From NCBI GenBank assembly GCA_963709875.1, contig CAVPYB010000001.1:209806-273805 (forward strand): 64,000 nt of DNA. Direction: 5' to 3'. The stretch's first letter is position 1; each line of letters starts with the position of its first letter. Positions 51,233-61,613 of the stretch are shown in pieces. The position numbers and the translations under genes are program-made. The notes beneath the pieces were generated by a model. It was not told the origin of the DNA. It worked only from the letters and a program-made list of their open reading frames with translations, and did no database searches. Origin of the DNA: an uncultured Chloroflexia bacterium (GTDB taxonomy: Bacteria > Chloroflexota > Anaerolineae > Anaerolineales > UBA4823).

Positions 51233-51778
51233 ATGCTACCGGCCCAGCCACAATTCCCTCTCGATGATTCGACCTGGATCATCTCCGACACTCATTTCTT
51301 CCACCAGAACATCGGCCGATACTGTGATCGTCCGGATGGCTGGCAGGAGATGATCATCGACAACTGGAACCGCCTAATTCAACCCGAAGAGATTGTCTTC
51401 CACGTCGGAGACCTGGCGCTTGGCAGGAGGAAAAATATCGAAGGCTTAGCACCTCTGCTCAACGGCCGGCTCTACCTTATGCGGGGCAACCATGATCAGC
51501 GCAGCAATGGTTTCTATCAGCACCTGGGGATTACCCTGGTATCAGATCCATATCGAATGGATCACCCCTCGGGGTTGAACCTGATCTTTTCGCACCGCCC
51601 TATCGTCCCCCTGGAACTGGGCTTGCTCAACCTGCACGGTCACATCCACAACAATCTAGCTCCCGAGCTGGGAGCACAATACGTCAACCTGTGTGTCGAA
51701 GTTCGAGACTATCGCCCCTGGCGGTTGGAGGAGATTCTAGCTCCTTATCAGCCGTCTACTGAACCCCATTTTGAATAG
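51233..51778 (+). CDS. Small calcineurin-like metallophosphoesterase
   Basis: Motifs ISDTHFFH, HVGDLALG, RGNHD, SHRP, HGHIHN. Confidence 0.8.
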   Translation: MLPAQPQFPLDDSTWIISDTHFFHQNIGRYCDRPDGWQEMIIDNWNRLIQPEEIVFHVGDLALGRRKNIEGLAPLLNGRLYLMRGNHDQRSNGFYQHLGITLVSDPYRMDHPSGLNLIFSHRPIVPLELGLLNLHGHIHNNLAPELGAQYVNLCVEVRDYRPWRLEEILAPYQPSTEPHFE

Positions 51779-51856
51779 CCGGCATTCAGGGCTTAATTTA
51801 TCGCTTCGGTAATGCTGCTGGTGTACTCCAGTAAGCCGTTATAAATCGACGCACTA

Positions 51857-51895
51857 ATTGTGTACACAATAATCATTGTTTACTTTCTGTGCACA
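51857..51895 (+). promoter_or_regulatory. Palindromic operator candidates upstream of phd/PIN
   Basis: ATTGTGTACACAAT (perfect 14-bp palindrome, 51857-70) and TGTGCACA (51888-95), followed by TATACT (51901-06) and RBS GGAGGTG. Confidence 0.45.
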
Positions 51896-51933
51896 TTATG
51901 CTATACTGGTTCTGTTTAGAATGGAGGTGCAGT

Positions 51934-52230
51934 ATGACTATAGTTATTGGTGCGCGTGAGGCTCGCCGGCGGTTTGCTGATTTGCTTGGGCGGGTCGGCT
52001 ACGGCGGAGAGGTTGCCATCGTTGAGCGGTCGGGCAAACCCATGGTGGCGCTCATCCCCGTAGAAGTTTATGAACAGTTGGTGGCTGAGCGTGAGGCGCG
52101 TTTCCAGGTGCTGGATCGCATCCGCGGCAAGCTGCCGGAGATCCCAGAAGAAGAAGTTGAGACCGATATCAGCCAGGCTATTGATGTTGTGAGGAAGTCA
52201 GCGTCTAAAGAACGGGCAGAGTCTGATTAG
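51934..52230 (+). CDS. Phd/YefM-family antitoxin
   Basis: MTIVIGAREARRRFADLLGRVGYGGEVAIVERSGKPMVALIPVEVYEQL shows the Phd/YefM pattern. Confidence 0.8.
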   Translation: MTIVIGAREARRRFADLLGRVGYGGEVAIVERSGKPMVALIPVEVYEQLVAEREARFQVLDRIRGKLPEIPEEEVETDISQAIDVVRKSASKERAESD

Positions 52231-52235
52231 CCACC

Positions 52236-52664
52236 ATGCTGCGCATCGTGATCGACACGAATGTGATTGTCAGCGGCATCTTGAGCCGTAAAGGAACGCC
52301 GGCTGAACTATTAAATGCCTGGCGTGAGCGGCGGTTTTTGTTGCTCAGCTCCTCTGCTATCGTTGCCGAAGTACGGGCCGTCATGCAATATCCGCGCATC
52401 CATAAAAAATATCATCTCAGCGATGATGATATTGAACAGACGATTACACTCTTGGAACATGACTCGCTGTTGGTAGCAGGAGACGCCGATGTCACCGGAA
52501 GTGTCCCGGATGATCCAAAGGATGAGATGTTTCTGGCTTGCGCTTTGGACGGGCAGGCGGATGCAATCGTGAGCGGTGACCATCACCTGCTAGATCTAGG
52601 TGTCTTTCGGGATATCCCGATTATCAATGCTCGTCAATTTCTGGACCAACTGAAGCAAGAGTGA
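52236..52664 (+). CDS. PIN-domain toxin (VapC-like)
   Basis: MLRIVIDTNVIVSG..., DDPKDEMFLACAL, AIVSGDHHLL carry the PIN acidic residues. Starts 6 nt after the antitoxin. Confidence 0.8.
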   Translation: MLRIVIDTNVIVSGILSRKGTPAELLNAWRERRFLLLSSSAIVAEVRAVMQYPRIHKKYHLSDDDIEQTITLLEHDSLLVAGDADVTGSVPDDPKDEMFLACALDGQADAIVSGDHHLLDLGVFRDIPIINARQFLDQLKQE

Positions 52665-52682
52665 CCTTGCGTCGCCATGTGG

Positions 52683-52990
52683 TAGAATGAACTCAATCGC
52701 TGTCTTTCGCTGAGTCATTGTGAAGCAAATCCATTGGTTGCTTCCGCGTTGACAGACCTTTACTAAAAATATCCAAGAGACTTATTTCTCCATTCGTCCA
52801 ATGGACTGGGGCGATTCTGCCAGGCTCTTGGTTGGATGAAGCGGTTACAGGGATCTCGTCCTTTTAAGCCATTGGTTGCAGGTTCGAGCCCTGCCGCGCT
52901 CACTCTATTTCCACTTTTGCCCCTAAAAGGGCGTAAAACGAGTGATTTCTCCCACTAAGACCTGCCAGATGGCGGGTTTTTGTGTTTAAT
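52683..52990 (+). repeat. ~300-bp duplicated module, copy B, containing the tRNA-Lys 3' 45-mer (52860-52904)
   Basis: See copy A. TGGTAGAAT at 52681-88. Terminator CCTGCCA-ga-TGGCGGG-TTTTTGTGTTT. Confidence 0.9.
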
Positions 52991-53215
52991 CCCCCACTAT
53001 TACCGTTTTTCGGGTATGCCAGAAAATCGGGTTCAGAATTTATTGCCAATGTTCGCGTTTTTGTTCGAGCCAGTCAACAAGGGTTAACGGTACACCAAAA
53101 GCCTTGTCAAGGATATTCGATGATGATCGGACGGCACTATCGTCCTTGGAAAGGCTCTGGGGAACTGTACCAGAAGGGACTGCTCGGTATGCCTCAAGTA
53201 ATCCCAATGTTTAAC

Positions 53216-55386
53216 TTAGCTGAACTTCAGGGGCAGACGGCGAAAGCGCTGACCCGTGGCAGCAAAAACCGCATTCGCCACAGCAGCTGGAATGGGACCA
53301 ATCGGCGGTTCACCCATACCCGAAGGCGTTGAGCGGCTGTTGAGCACCAGGACATCGATATCCGGAGCGTCGGCATTACGCAGCAGCGGATATTCATTGA
53401 AGTTGCTCGCCTTGAATGCACCGTCTTCGATCAGCACCACCTCCAGCAACGTGGAGCTCAAGCCCATCGTGATCGCGCCCTCCGTCTGGGCTTTGACGCT
53501 GTCTGGATTGATAGCCATGCCAGGGTCAGCAACGGCGGTCACTTTGTGAATACGAATCTGACCATTCTCAACGGAGACTTCAGCAATTTCGACGATTATT
53601 GTACCAACATCGTAGCTCATCGCCAGCCCTTGCGCGTGACCAGCTGGCAGGGCTGCTCCCCAGTTTGCCTTTCGGCAGCCGTTTGCAGGGCATTGCGAAT
53701 TCTCTGCCCCTTTTCATTATCCGGCAGATGGCGCAGCCGGAACTCCAGTGGGTCCAGACTTGCGGCTGCAGCCAGCTCATCGATGAAACTCTCCACTGCA
53801 AAGGTATTGGCCATCAGACCCAACCCGCGCCACCAGCCAGTCGAGACCGGTAATTTCACCAGCCAGGCTGTGGTTTGGATATTCTGCACCCCATAATTGA
53901 TGGTAGCCCCGCGATAGGAGCCAAAATCGGCGCCCAGCAACCTGCCAACAGCACTGGGCAGGAAGGCAAAGGCGACCTCCCCGCTGGCTGCCTGGTGCTC
54001 TAGCGCCAGCATATTCCCATCTTCAGCCAGGCTGGCACGCAGGATATGATGCGTGGGTGGACGTACAAAACCGCTGCGGAAATCTTCTGGGCGGTTCATC
54101 GCCACCTGCACCGGTCTACCCGCAGCCTGCGATAGGCGAGCCGCCTCCACCGCGGCCCGCTCGTCGATCTTGCGCCCGAACCCACCTCCCAGGTAAACGG
54201 GATGGATGACAACCTCTTCTTCTTTTCGCCCAATGGCATCCGCAACCGCACCGCGCAACCGGTTAGCTGCCTGTGTCGAAGCCCAGACTTCCACCTTTTC
54301 TGTCCGCACATCAGCAACGGCTGCCAGAGGCTCTAAATAGGCGTGGTATGCCATCGGGGTGCGGTATTCAGCTTCGACCAACGTGCCACGTGCCAGCGCC
54401 TGATCCAGGTTGCCTTCTTTCTGGATCACCACGCCCTGACCTTTGCCTACCGTGACCATGGCCTCAATTTCCTGCTGCTGCCATAACCTGCCAGCGTCCC
54501 ATTCCAGCTGCATCTGAGACAGCGCAGTATAAGCCTGCTCGCGCAACTCGGCCACCACCCCGGCAAAATCGTCATCTGCCACAACCTGCACCACCCCGGG
54601 TTGACTTTCGGCCTGACCCGGAGCAGCCCTCCTCAACTTGCCATCGATGGTCTCGGGGCGAGCGACAGCACCATACAACATTCCCGGCACACGCACATCG
54701 AATCCATAAACCGCCTGACCGGTGATCTTTGCAGGTAAATCTACGCGCGGCAGCGGCTGACCGATGGTACGATACTGGCTGGGTGGCTTGAGCGCGGGCG
54801 GGGATTCGGGTATCTCCCATTCACCTGCTGATATAAACAGGTCGCCATATGTACGCTGCTGGCTGGGATCTGATTTCAAACTGAAAACGCCGTTTTCCAG
54901 GTTAAGATTTTCGGGTTGGGTATTTAACTGCAAGGCGGCCTCGGCGCGCAGCAGCTCTCGCAGCGTGGCTGCCACTTCCAGCAAAGGAACATACAAACCA
55001 GAAATCGTGTTGCTGGCTGATGTGGCAACCGGGTCTGCCAGCCGGTCTGTCGCTGCATGGTGCACCCGGATCTGCTCCAGGTCAATTTCAAGCTCCTCCG
55101 CTGCAATCTGAGCCAGACCGGTGTGCACACCCTGGCCCATCTCGGATTTCGGCAGGTAGAGATTGACCGTGTTATCTGGCAGGATTTCAAACCAGGCATC
55201 CGGAGGGGCATCAAGATTTGAAGGAGGGCCGCCCGACTCTTCCAGAAATTCTGCCAGCCTCAGGCGTAATGGCGGCGTGCCCAGCCTTACCCCGACGTAA
55301 AGCCCGGCAGCACCCACGCCAAGCATAATCAGGAAATTACGCCGGCTCAGACGCCTTCGTTTTTGGGGGGTAATCTGTTCGCTCAT
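53216..55386 (-). pseudogene. Molybdopterin-binding subunit of an IorB/aldehyde-oxidase-type oxidoreductase (Tat signal), with one homopolymer frame break
   Basis: Start MSEQITPQKRRRLSRRNFLIMLGVGAAG (twin-arginine). ORF 53617..55575 continues in ORF 53216..53620. Restoring one A in the run at 53670-72 gives ..AAEKANWGAALPAGHAQGLAMSYDVG.. Confidence 0.75.
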
Positions 55387-55874
55387 GCTCTCTCGCTCCC
55401 CGAAAGCGTCGCCAGTTCTGCTGCGCGAGCCACAGCCTTGCGGATGCGGTAATAGGTCCCGCATCGGCAATAAACGTTGTTCATAGCCTGAAGGATATCC
55501 TCCGCATCTGGGTTGGGGTTCTGTTCCAATAAGGCTGCGGCAGTCATCATCTGTCCAGACATGCACCATGAGCACTGCGGCACCTGCTCATCCAGGAAGG
55601 CCTGCTGTACCGGGTGCAGCACAGGTTTCCCGTTGGCATCTGCTTCCGCCAGTCCCTCGATCGTGCGCACTTCTTTGCCATTAGCGGCGGATAACAAGGT
55701 GATGCATGCGCGTGTTGGAGTGTTATCCAGATGCACTGTGCACGAGCCGCACATGCCAATCCCACAGCCGAATTTGGTGCCGGTTAAGCCAAGCTCATCC
55801 CGCAGCACCCACAACAATATCCTGTCATACTCATCAGCAACCTGATAGGCTTGATTATTTACCATTAATTTCAT
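55383..55874 (-). CDS. [2Fe-2S]-binding small subunit (IorA/CoxS-like)
   Basis: FGCGIGMCGSCTV and QCSWCMSGQ..CRCGTY (two 2Fe-2S motifs). ATGA overlap with the large subunit. Confidence 0.85.
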   Translation of the reverse strand: MKLMVNNQAYQVADEYDRILLWVLRDELGLTGTKFGCGIGMCGSCTVHLDNTPTRACITLLSAANGKEVRTIEGLAEADANGKPVLHPVQQAFLDEQVPQCSWCMSGQMMTAAALLEQNPNPDAEDILQAMNNVYCRCGTYYRIRKAVARAAELATLSGSERA

Positions 55875-56044
55875 ATCTTCCTCTCAATAATATTGATTTC
55901 TCGCGTGGTCAGGCACAGCGGGAGCATGCCTTCTTCTAACTTGATTTCAGGATCAAAACATGAAGAATCTTCTGAGAGTGCAGCTAAACCCAAAGCATAT
56001 ATTTGGCGATGCCCAGAACTTGCCAGTCGACTTCGCGTTCTATT

Positions 56045-57298
56045 TCATATTGCACTCAAAACCAGACATGCATTTTGCCCACCCAATCCAAAACTATTCG
56101 ATAACGCAATCTGGATATTTGCCAGGCGAGACGTATTGGGAACATAGTCTAGATCACAATCCGGATCGGGCGTTTGATAATTAATTGTCGGATGCACAAC
56201 ACCATCTTTAATTGCCATCACACAGGCGATCGCCTCCAGTGAACCCGATGCTCCCATACTGTGACCAATCATACTTTTCGTAGAGTTGATTGGGATTTTA
56301 TACGCCCCTTGGCCAAAGACTTGTTTGATGGCTTTCGTTTCCGTTAAATCGTTAAGCTTCGTCCCCGTGCCGTGGGCGTTGATGTAATCTACCTGATCGG
56401 GATTGATCATCGCATCCTGTAGTGCCCAGCGCATGGCTTTTTGCGCACCAAGACCTTCCGCATCCGGCGCGGCGATGTGTGTAGCATCCGAAGATGCCGC
56501 ATGCCCCAAGACTTCGGCGTAGATACGTCCATCTCGTGCTTGCGCATGGGCTAGTGATTCTAATACCAGCACACCCGCTCCCTCACTCAGTACAAACCCC
56601 TCACGGTTTGCGTCGAATGGGCGACTGGCTTTCTCCGGAGCTGCCTGGTTATTTCTGGCAACCACTGTCATTGCATCAAATGCGGCCAAGACTTCTTTAC
56701 GGATCATGCAGTCAACGCCGCCGGCAATGACCATGTCAACCTTGCCGTTGCGAATTAAATCCAGTCCAACACCAATAGCCTGCGTACCACTGGCGCAAGC
56801 TGTGGATATCGTGGTTAAAGGTCCTGTCGCACTCATTTCGAGACTTATATAATAGCCTGGCATATTTGGCAGCCCATTGATCAACGCTGTGGGGAATGGT
56901 TTGCGCCCACGAAATGTGAAATCATAAGCTGTATCTACCAACATAGCGAATCCGGCATTAACTGTGCCAATTATCACTCCGACCCTATCGCCATCCTTTG
57001 CCACATCTTCTTGTTGCAGTCCAGCGTCCTCAAGCGCCATTTGAGCTGCTATGAGTGCAAATTGAGAGGCTCTGGCCATACGTCTAGCAGCCTTGGGGTT
57101 AAGATAAGTGCGTGCATCGAAATCGACCTCCCCGGCAATCTTAACCTCCAGTTCCGCTGGATCAAACTGGGTAATTCCTCGAATTCCGGACTCGCCGGCC
57201 TTCAAAGCCTCCCAGAAGGAATCCAATGTTCCCAAAGGTGTGAGCGCTCCCATCCCGGTGACTACTACGCGTGGTTGACCCTTCTGTGTTGTTTCCAT
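56045..57298 (-). CDS. fabF: Beta-ketoacyl-ACP synthase II
   Basis: Active-site TACASG, HGTGT, GHSMGASG. 417 aa, intact. Confidence 0.9.
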   Translation of the reverse strand: METTQKGQPRVVVTGMGALTPLGTLDSFWEALKAGESGIRGITQFDPAELEVKIAGEVDFDARTYLNPKAARRMARASQFALIAAQMALEDAGLQQEDVAKDGDRVGVIIGTVNAGFAMLVDTAYDFTFRGRKPFPTALINGLPNMPGYYISLEMSATGPLTTISTACASGTQAIGVGLDLIRNGKVDMVIAGGVDCMIRKEVLAAFDAMTVVARNNQAAPEKASRPFDANREGFVLSEGAGVLVLESLAHAQARDGRIYAEVLGHAASSDATHIAAPDAEGLGAQKAMRWALQDAMINPDQVDYINAHGTGTKLNDLTETKAIKQVFGQGAYKIPINSTKSMIGHSMGASGSLEAIACVMAIKDGVVHPTINYQTPDPDCDLDYVPNTSRLANIQIALSNSFGLGGQNACLVLSAI

Positions 57299-57423
57299 AT
57301 CACACCTACTATCTATCTAGAATCGGGTATAAGTACAGTATTCAATTGTGTTCTCTGGCGTAGTGTTGATGCAAGCAACTTCACTGGCAATAGAATACTC
57401 CCATTAAAGTTCAAATTTCAAAT

Positions 57424-60009
57424 TCATTCATAATGGATGGCTTCCAAGATGCGGATGCCGACGGCTCGTCTTGCAGGAAATATCGCTGCCAATTGGGAAA
57501 CCACTAATGAAATGATTACCCCAGCAAGAATCGCGATAAATGGCAGTACATAGGTTACTTTATAGCCTGACATAGCTGTCATAGCCGAGAGAAAGATACG
57601 CGTTAGAAGTATGCCAAATACCAGACCCAAAAGACCACCAATCAGGCCCATCAGTCCAGCCTCAGCCAGAATCATAGTCAGCACCTGGCCGCGTGTCAAA
57701 CCTATGCTACGCAACATGCCAATTTCTTGAGTTCGCTCGATAACATTCATCGTAAGTGTGTTCACAACGCCCATTCCTGCTACTAGCAGAGCAATCAACG
57801 CTAACACATCGAATAAACTGTAAGATTGGCGCAATAAAAGCATTGCCCGCCCAATCAGCAGTTGGTTTGATGCAACTGAAAGGTTATGCCGATTTGCCAG
57901 CGTATTCTCAATACGTGTTTGGATTTCAGATAACGGAACATTAGGCTCTACCTTTACCAAAATGATATTGGCATCTCCTATATTAAAATATCCCCGCATA
58001 TCCAACCAATTCCCTTGAATAACCAGACCTTGGTTGAAGAAATCGACCACAACCGCGGCAACCTCAAATGCACGTGGTCCTTTTCTGGTACGTAATGTTA
58101 TTGTATCCCCTTGATTCAACCCGTATTTTTCAGACAAAACGCTGGATATATATACAGCCTCACCATCCGCTAACCGCTGCAAGGGTATTTTTAGATCTTG
58201 CTGACTGTCAGAAAAAACAAAAGAAGTCACGTTCAAATAGGAAGAAAGATCAACAGCCATAAATGTCAACTCCTCGATACTTCCATCTGGTCTTTCCCAC
58301 TTAACTGGAAAATATCGAATTGGAGTGGCTTCTTGAACGCCAGTAATTGATTTAATATGGCGCCAGACAACATCTTCCATCGGCATCGCTGAGCTTACGA
58401 CCAAGTCTCCCCCGATATACGCATCAATCCAATTTTCAAGGTCAAAGCGAAACGAATCGGTCATGCCGCGAGTTATTAAAATCATGGCAACACCGATCAT
58501 CAAAGCTGCAACAGTCAGTGTGGTGCGCAGCTTTGAGCGCTGAATATTTCGACCACCTAACTGACCGCTACTACCATAAATCAGGGCGAGAAATGGACGG
58601 ACTAATCGTTCCCAAATACTTACCGCTATGGGAATGGTCAATGTGGCTCCAAGGAACAATGAAGAAACTGTAATGGTACCCAATCGAAACTGCACATCGT
58701 TTGGAAATGGATTCAGGATCAGAATATATGTAGAGAGCAGAAGTAATAATATTCCAAATAACCAGCCAAACCGGAGAAGCCAACTATCGCGTCGGGTACC
58801 CCGTACCCTTAGAGCCTCCAATGGCGAGATCCTCCCTGCCTGCCAGGCTGGTATTAGGGCGGCAATTAAGGTCACACTCGCTCCCAATAGAATGCTTGCA
58901 CCAATAATCTCGGGCGGGGTCTGTAGATTGCCCATACTTTCTTCAAGCACAGAACCCAACAAGTTGGTCAATCCCTGTGCCAAAAGGTAACCAAAGCCGA
59001 CACCCAAGATCGATCCTATCGATCCAAGTATTATTGCTTCGAGTAACACCTGGCGGGTGATCTGCCCACGTGTCATTCCAACGGTTCGTAAAAACCCCAA
59101 CTCACGAGTCCGTTCTACAACAGTCATCGAAAAGGCATTGTAGATCAAAAACATACCGACAAAGAGTGCCATACCGCTTAAGAAATTTAAGCCGATCTGA
59201 TAACCAAATAACATCTGGTTGACTCTTTCCCCCTGAGATGCCGGCGATACAATTGAATATTCATCGCCTAAGCGACTCTGTAAATCTGCCTTAACCCGCT
59301 CTATACTCTCCTGATCCCCACCCTCGGAAATGGTAACGATATCGATTTGGTCAAATTCGTTCGAGCGATCTGATAAATATTGCAGCGTCTTGATTGGAAC
59401 AACTCCGAAAGCACCATTATTAATCTGACCTGGTCCATCCTTAGCGATAAGACCAATCACATCCAGTTTTTCAACACCTGAGGGGGTCAAAATTGCGACT
59501 CTGTCTCCAACTTCAATGTCATTTTCTAGGGCAAAACTTTCTACCAGGACAATATCGTACGCATCTATCTCAGGGGAGAGAAAGTCTCCTCCGACCAGCG
59601 TGTAATCTCGCACTTGATTGTCAACCTCGGGGTCAATTCCAAAAAGAAGCAGCCCACTGACGTTCAATCCCAATAAACCGAGTTCAATTTCGGAGTTCTC
59701 GACTTTGGTCGCTAGATCCGTGCGCATCTGAACTGAAGGAACAGCGTGGGCGACGCCAGGTGCAGACGATACTTGTTGCAATTCGCGATCTGTTAGACTT
59801 ATGCGGCTTGTGTCACTGGAAGTGATTACAAGGTCAGATTTGCCAGATGTAGTATCAAACAGACGGCTGATGGATTCCAATGAAGTCCTGTTTGTAACTT
59901 GTATAGCAAAAAAAGCCCCCACACCCAGAACAATGCCAAAAATGCTCAATAAGACGCGTATTGGACGGGTGCGCAATGATCGCAAGGTCAGCAGACGCGC
60001 CAGTGACAT
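57424..60009 (-). CDS. ABC transporter permease with two FtsX (MacB-type) modules
   Basis: 861 aa with two 4-TM FtsX bundles and large extracytoplasmic loops. ATGA overlap with the upstream ATPase. Confidence 0.8.
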   Translation of the reverse strand: MSLARLLTLRSLRTRPIRVLLSIFGIVLGVGAFFAIQVTNRTSLESISRLFDTTSGKSDLVITSSDTSRISLTDRELQQVSSAPGVAHAVPSVQMRTDLATKVENSEIELGLLGLNVSGLLLFGIDPEVDNQVRDYTLVGGDFLSPEIDAYDIVLVESFALENDIEVGDRVAILTPSGVEKLDVIGLIAKDGPGQINNGAFGVVPIKTLQYLSDRSNEFDQIDIVTISEGGDQESIERVKADLQSRLGDEYSIVSPASQGERVNQMLFGYQIGLNFLSGMALFVGMFLIYNAFSMTVVERTRELGFLRTVGMTRGQITRQVLLEAIILGSIGSILGVGFGYLLAQGLTNLLGSVLEESMGNLQTPPEIIGASILLGASVTLIAALIPAWQAGRISPLEALRVRGTRRDSWLLRFGWLFGILLLLLSTYILILNPFPNDVQFRLGTITVSSLFLGATLTIPIAVSIWERLVRPFLALIYGSSGQLGGRNIQRSKLRTTLTVAALMIGVAMILITRGMTDSFRFDLENWIDAYIGGDLVVSSAMPMEDVVWRHIKSITGVQEATPIRYFPVKWERPDGSIEELTFMAVDLSSYLNVTSFVFSDSQQDLKIPLQRLADGEAVYISSVLSEKYGLNQGDTITLRTRKGPRAFEVAAVVVDFFNQGLVIQGNWLDMRGYFNIGDANIILVKVEPNVPLSEIQTRIENTLANRHNLSVASNQLLIGRAMLLLRQSYSLFDVLALIALLVAGMGVVNTLTMNVIERTQEIGMLRSIGLTRGQVLTMILAEAGLMGLIGGLLGLVFGILLTRIFLSAMTAMSGYKVTYVLPFIAILAGVIISLVVSQLAAIFPARRAVGIRILEAIHYE

Positions 60010-60767
60010 TACTGCCCTTCCAACTCCAGGTTCTCCAGGGCATCAATCACTACTTTTAAGCGTTCGGAAACTGATGACTCCGCACCCAGGTGAATTTCAT
60101 GGGTAATCTTGCCGTCACTTAGGAAAACAATCCGATCGGAGTAGATTGCAGCTCTCGGATCGTGAGTGACGGCTACAATGGCTTGGTTGAGTTGTTCACA
60201 AGAGCGCCGCAGTAATTCCATAATCGCCTTGCCAGTCTTTGAATCAAGATTCCCCGTTGGCTCATCGGCAAGTACAATAGCAGGTTCGGTCACGAGGGCG
60301 CGAGCCAGTGCCACTCGCTGTTGCTCGCCTCCGGAAAGCTGATCAGGTTTGTGGTGGCGGCGATCGGTCAGCCCAACTAAATCTAATAGTTCATCGATGC
60401 GCTCCTGGTAGACGCGTTTCTTTTTCCCATCGATAATCAAAGGTAATGCAATGTTTTCTTCCGCAGTCAAAGTGGGAAGGAGGTTGAAAAACTGAAATAC
60501 AAAACCGACATTATGACGCCTGATCAAAGTAACCTTATTATCACTCAATCCAGAAAGTTGCTGATCAGCAAGGGTCACTTCACCTTTTGATGGTTGGTCT
60601 AAACCCCCAAGCAAGTGCAGGAGAGTCGATTTGCCACTCCCTGAAGGCCCCATAATTGCGACAAATTCCCCCTCTTCAACCGTGAAATTCACACCATCCA
60701 GTGCGTTAACACGATGCCCCCCGATCTCGTAGTACTTGCGTAGGCTATTTGACTTTAGAACAGTCAT
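60009..60767 (-). CDS. ABC transporter ATP-binding protein
   Basis: [25 protein letters not shown]. Confidence 0.9.
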   Translation of the reverse strand: MTVLKSNSLRKYYEIGGHRVNALDGVNFTVEEGEFVAIMGPSGSGKSTLLHLLGGLDQPSKGEVTLADQQLSGLSDNKVTLIRRHNVGFVFQFFNLLPTLTAEENIALPLIIDGKKKRVYQERIDELLDLVGLTDRRHHKPDQLSGGEQQRVALARALVTEPAIVLADEPTGNLDSKTGKAIMELLRRSCEQLNQAIVAVTHDPRAAIYSDRIVFLSDGKITHEIHLGAESSVSERLKVVIDALENLELEGQ

Positions 60768-60842
60768 CCTGAATTATCCATTTCATGGACCACGTTGCTT
60801 GTTTCCCAGCCTTTACCCAAGAATATCATCTATACGATCCTA

Positions 60843-61613
60843 CTAGGACTTTGCTTTGTCCCTTCGAAATAGTTCATTGATCTTATCAGTTAAATTCTGA
60901 AGCGTATTCATGTCATATCGTACGCTGCCATCTTCTTGAATCACTTCCAAAGAACGGACGTCTCGTAATGCTTCAAGCTTCCCCTCTTTTTCCAGGCGAA
61001 CATACTGTTTAATTTCAGGGATCATGCTGAACCAGTATATGAAATTCATCAGGATCGCATAAACTACCAGAATCCAATCCCGGGTTGTCAATATGATCCA
61101 GGGAATCATCAGCACGATGCCGCCACCGGTGATAATGAGCATATTCCGTTTAGGATATCCGATTATAAAACCGAGGATATTGGTAACGATGGTGCCTAAC
61201 CAGTCCAGCACAATGAAGCTCCCGATAATGGACGACAAACCGCGCCCCCCTTTGAACCTGTTAAAGATGGGCCAGTTATGCCCGATCACAGCCATGAACG
61301 AAGCAATTAAGTAATACGGCTGATCAGGCTGCCAGAGCTTGAATGCCAACATTGGAATGGCTGCCTTGAGCATATCCAAAAGGGCCACCAAGCCGCCATA
61401 CTTGCCGCCATACTGCAAACGAACCGTGGTGGCACTCACCACATCCGATTCAAGAAAATCATTTTCGTAACCAGGGAGGCTAACTTTTATTTTTCCAATT
61501 TTACGGTCAGGATCAGCCAGATGGGCTACAATCCTGGCGTAAGAGACCGAACCCGATAGATAGCCAACTAAAGTAGCAAACCCGAAGATCAGAGGATCCA
61601 TTGCATTAGCCAT
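60843..61613 (-). CDS. PlsY-like glycerol-3-phosphate acyltransferase-family membrane protein with a C-terminal soluble extension
   Basis: GYLSGSVSYARIV.. and GHNWPIFNRFKGGRG (PlsY signature GHxxP..FKGG.G). The extra ~80-aa tail is not typical of PlsY. The start (61613 or 61601) is uncertain. Confidence 0.55.
   Translation of the reverse strand: MANAMDPLIFGFATLVGYLSGSVSYARIVAHLADPDRKIGKIKVSLPGYENDFLESDVVSATTVRLQYGGKYGGLVALLDMLKAAIPMLAFKLWQPDQPYYLIASFMAVIGHNWPIFNRFKGGRGLSSIIGSFIVLDWLGTIVTNILGFIIGYPKRNMLIITGGGIVLMIPWIILTTRDWILVVYAILMNFIYWFSMIPEIKQYVRLEKEGKLEALRDVRSLEVIQEDGSVRYDMNTLQNLTDKINELFRRDKAKS

Noticed and set aside
52982-53332. 116-aa plus-strand ORF after repeat copy B
   Set aside because: It shows no motifs. 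It overlaps the antisense of the IorB-like 3' end and the terminator of the repeat module. It is likely non-coding.
53216-53620. 134-aa ORF as a separate small gene
   Set aside because: It is the C-terminal part of the IorB-like molybdopterin subunit, joined by a single-base correction in the run at 53670-72.
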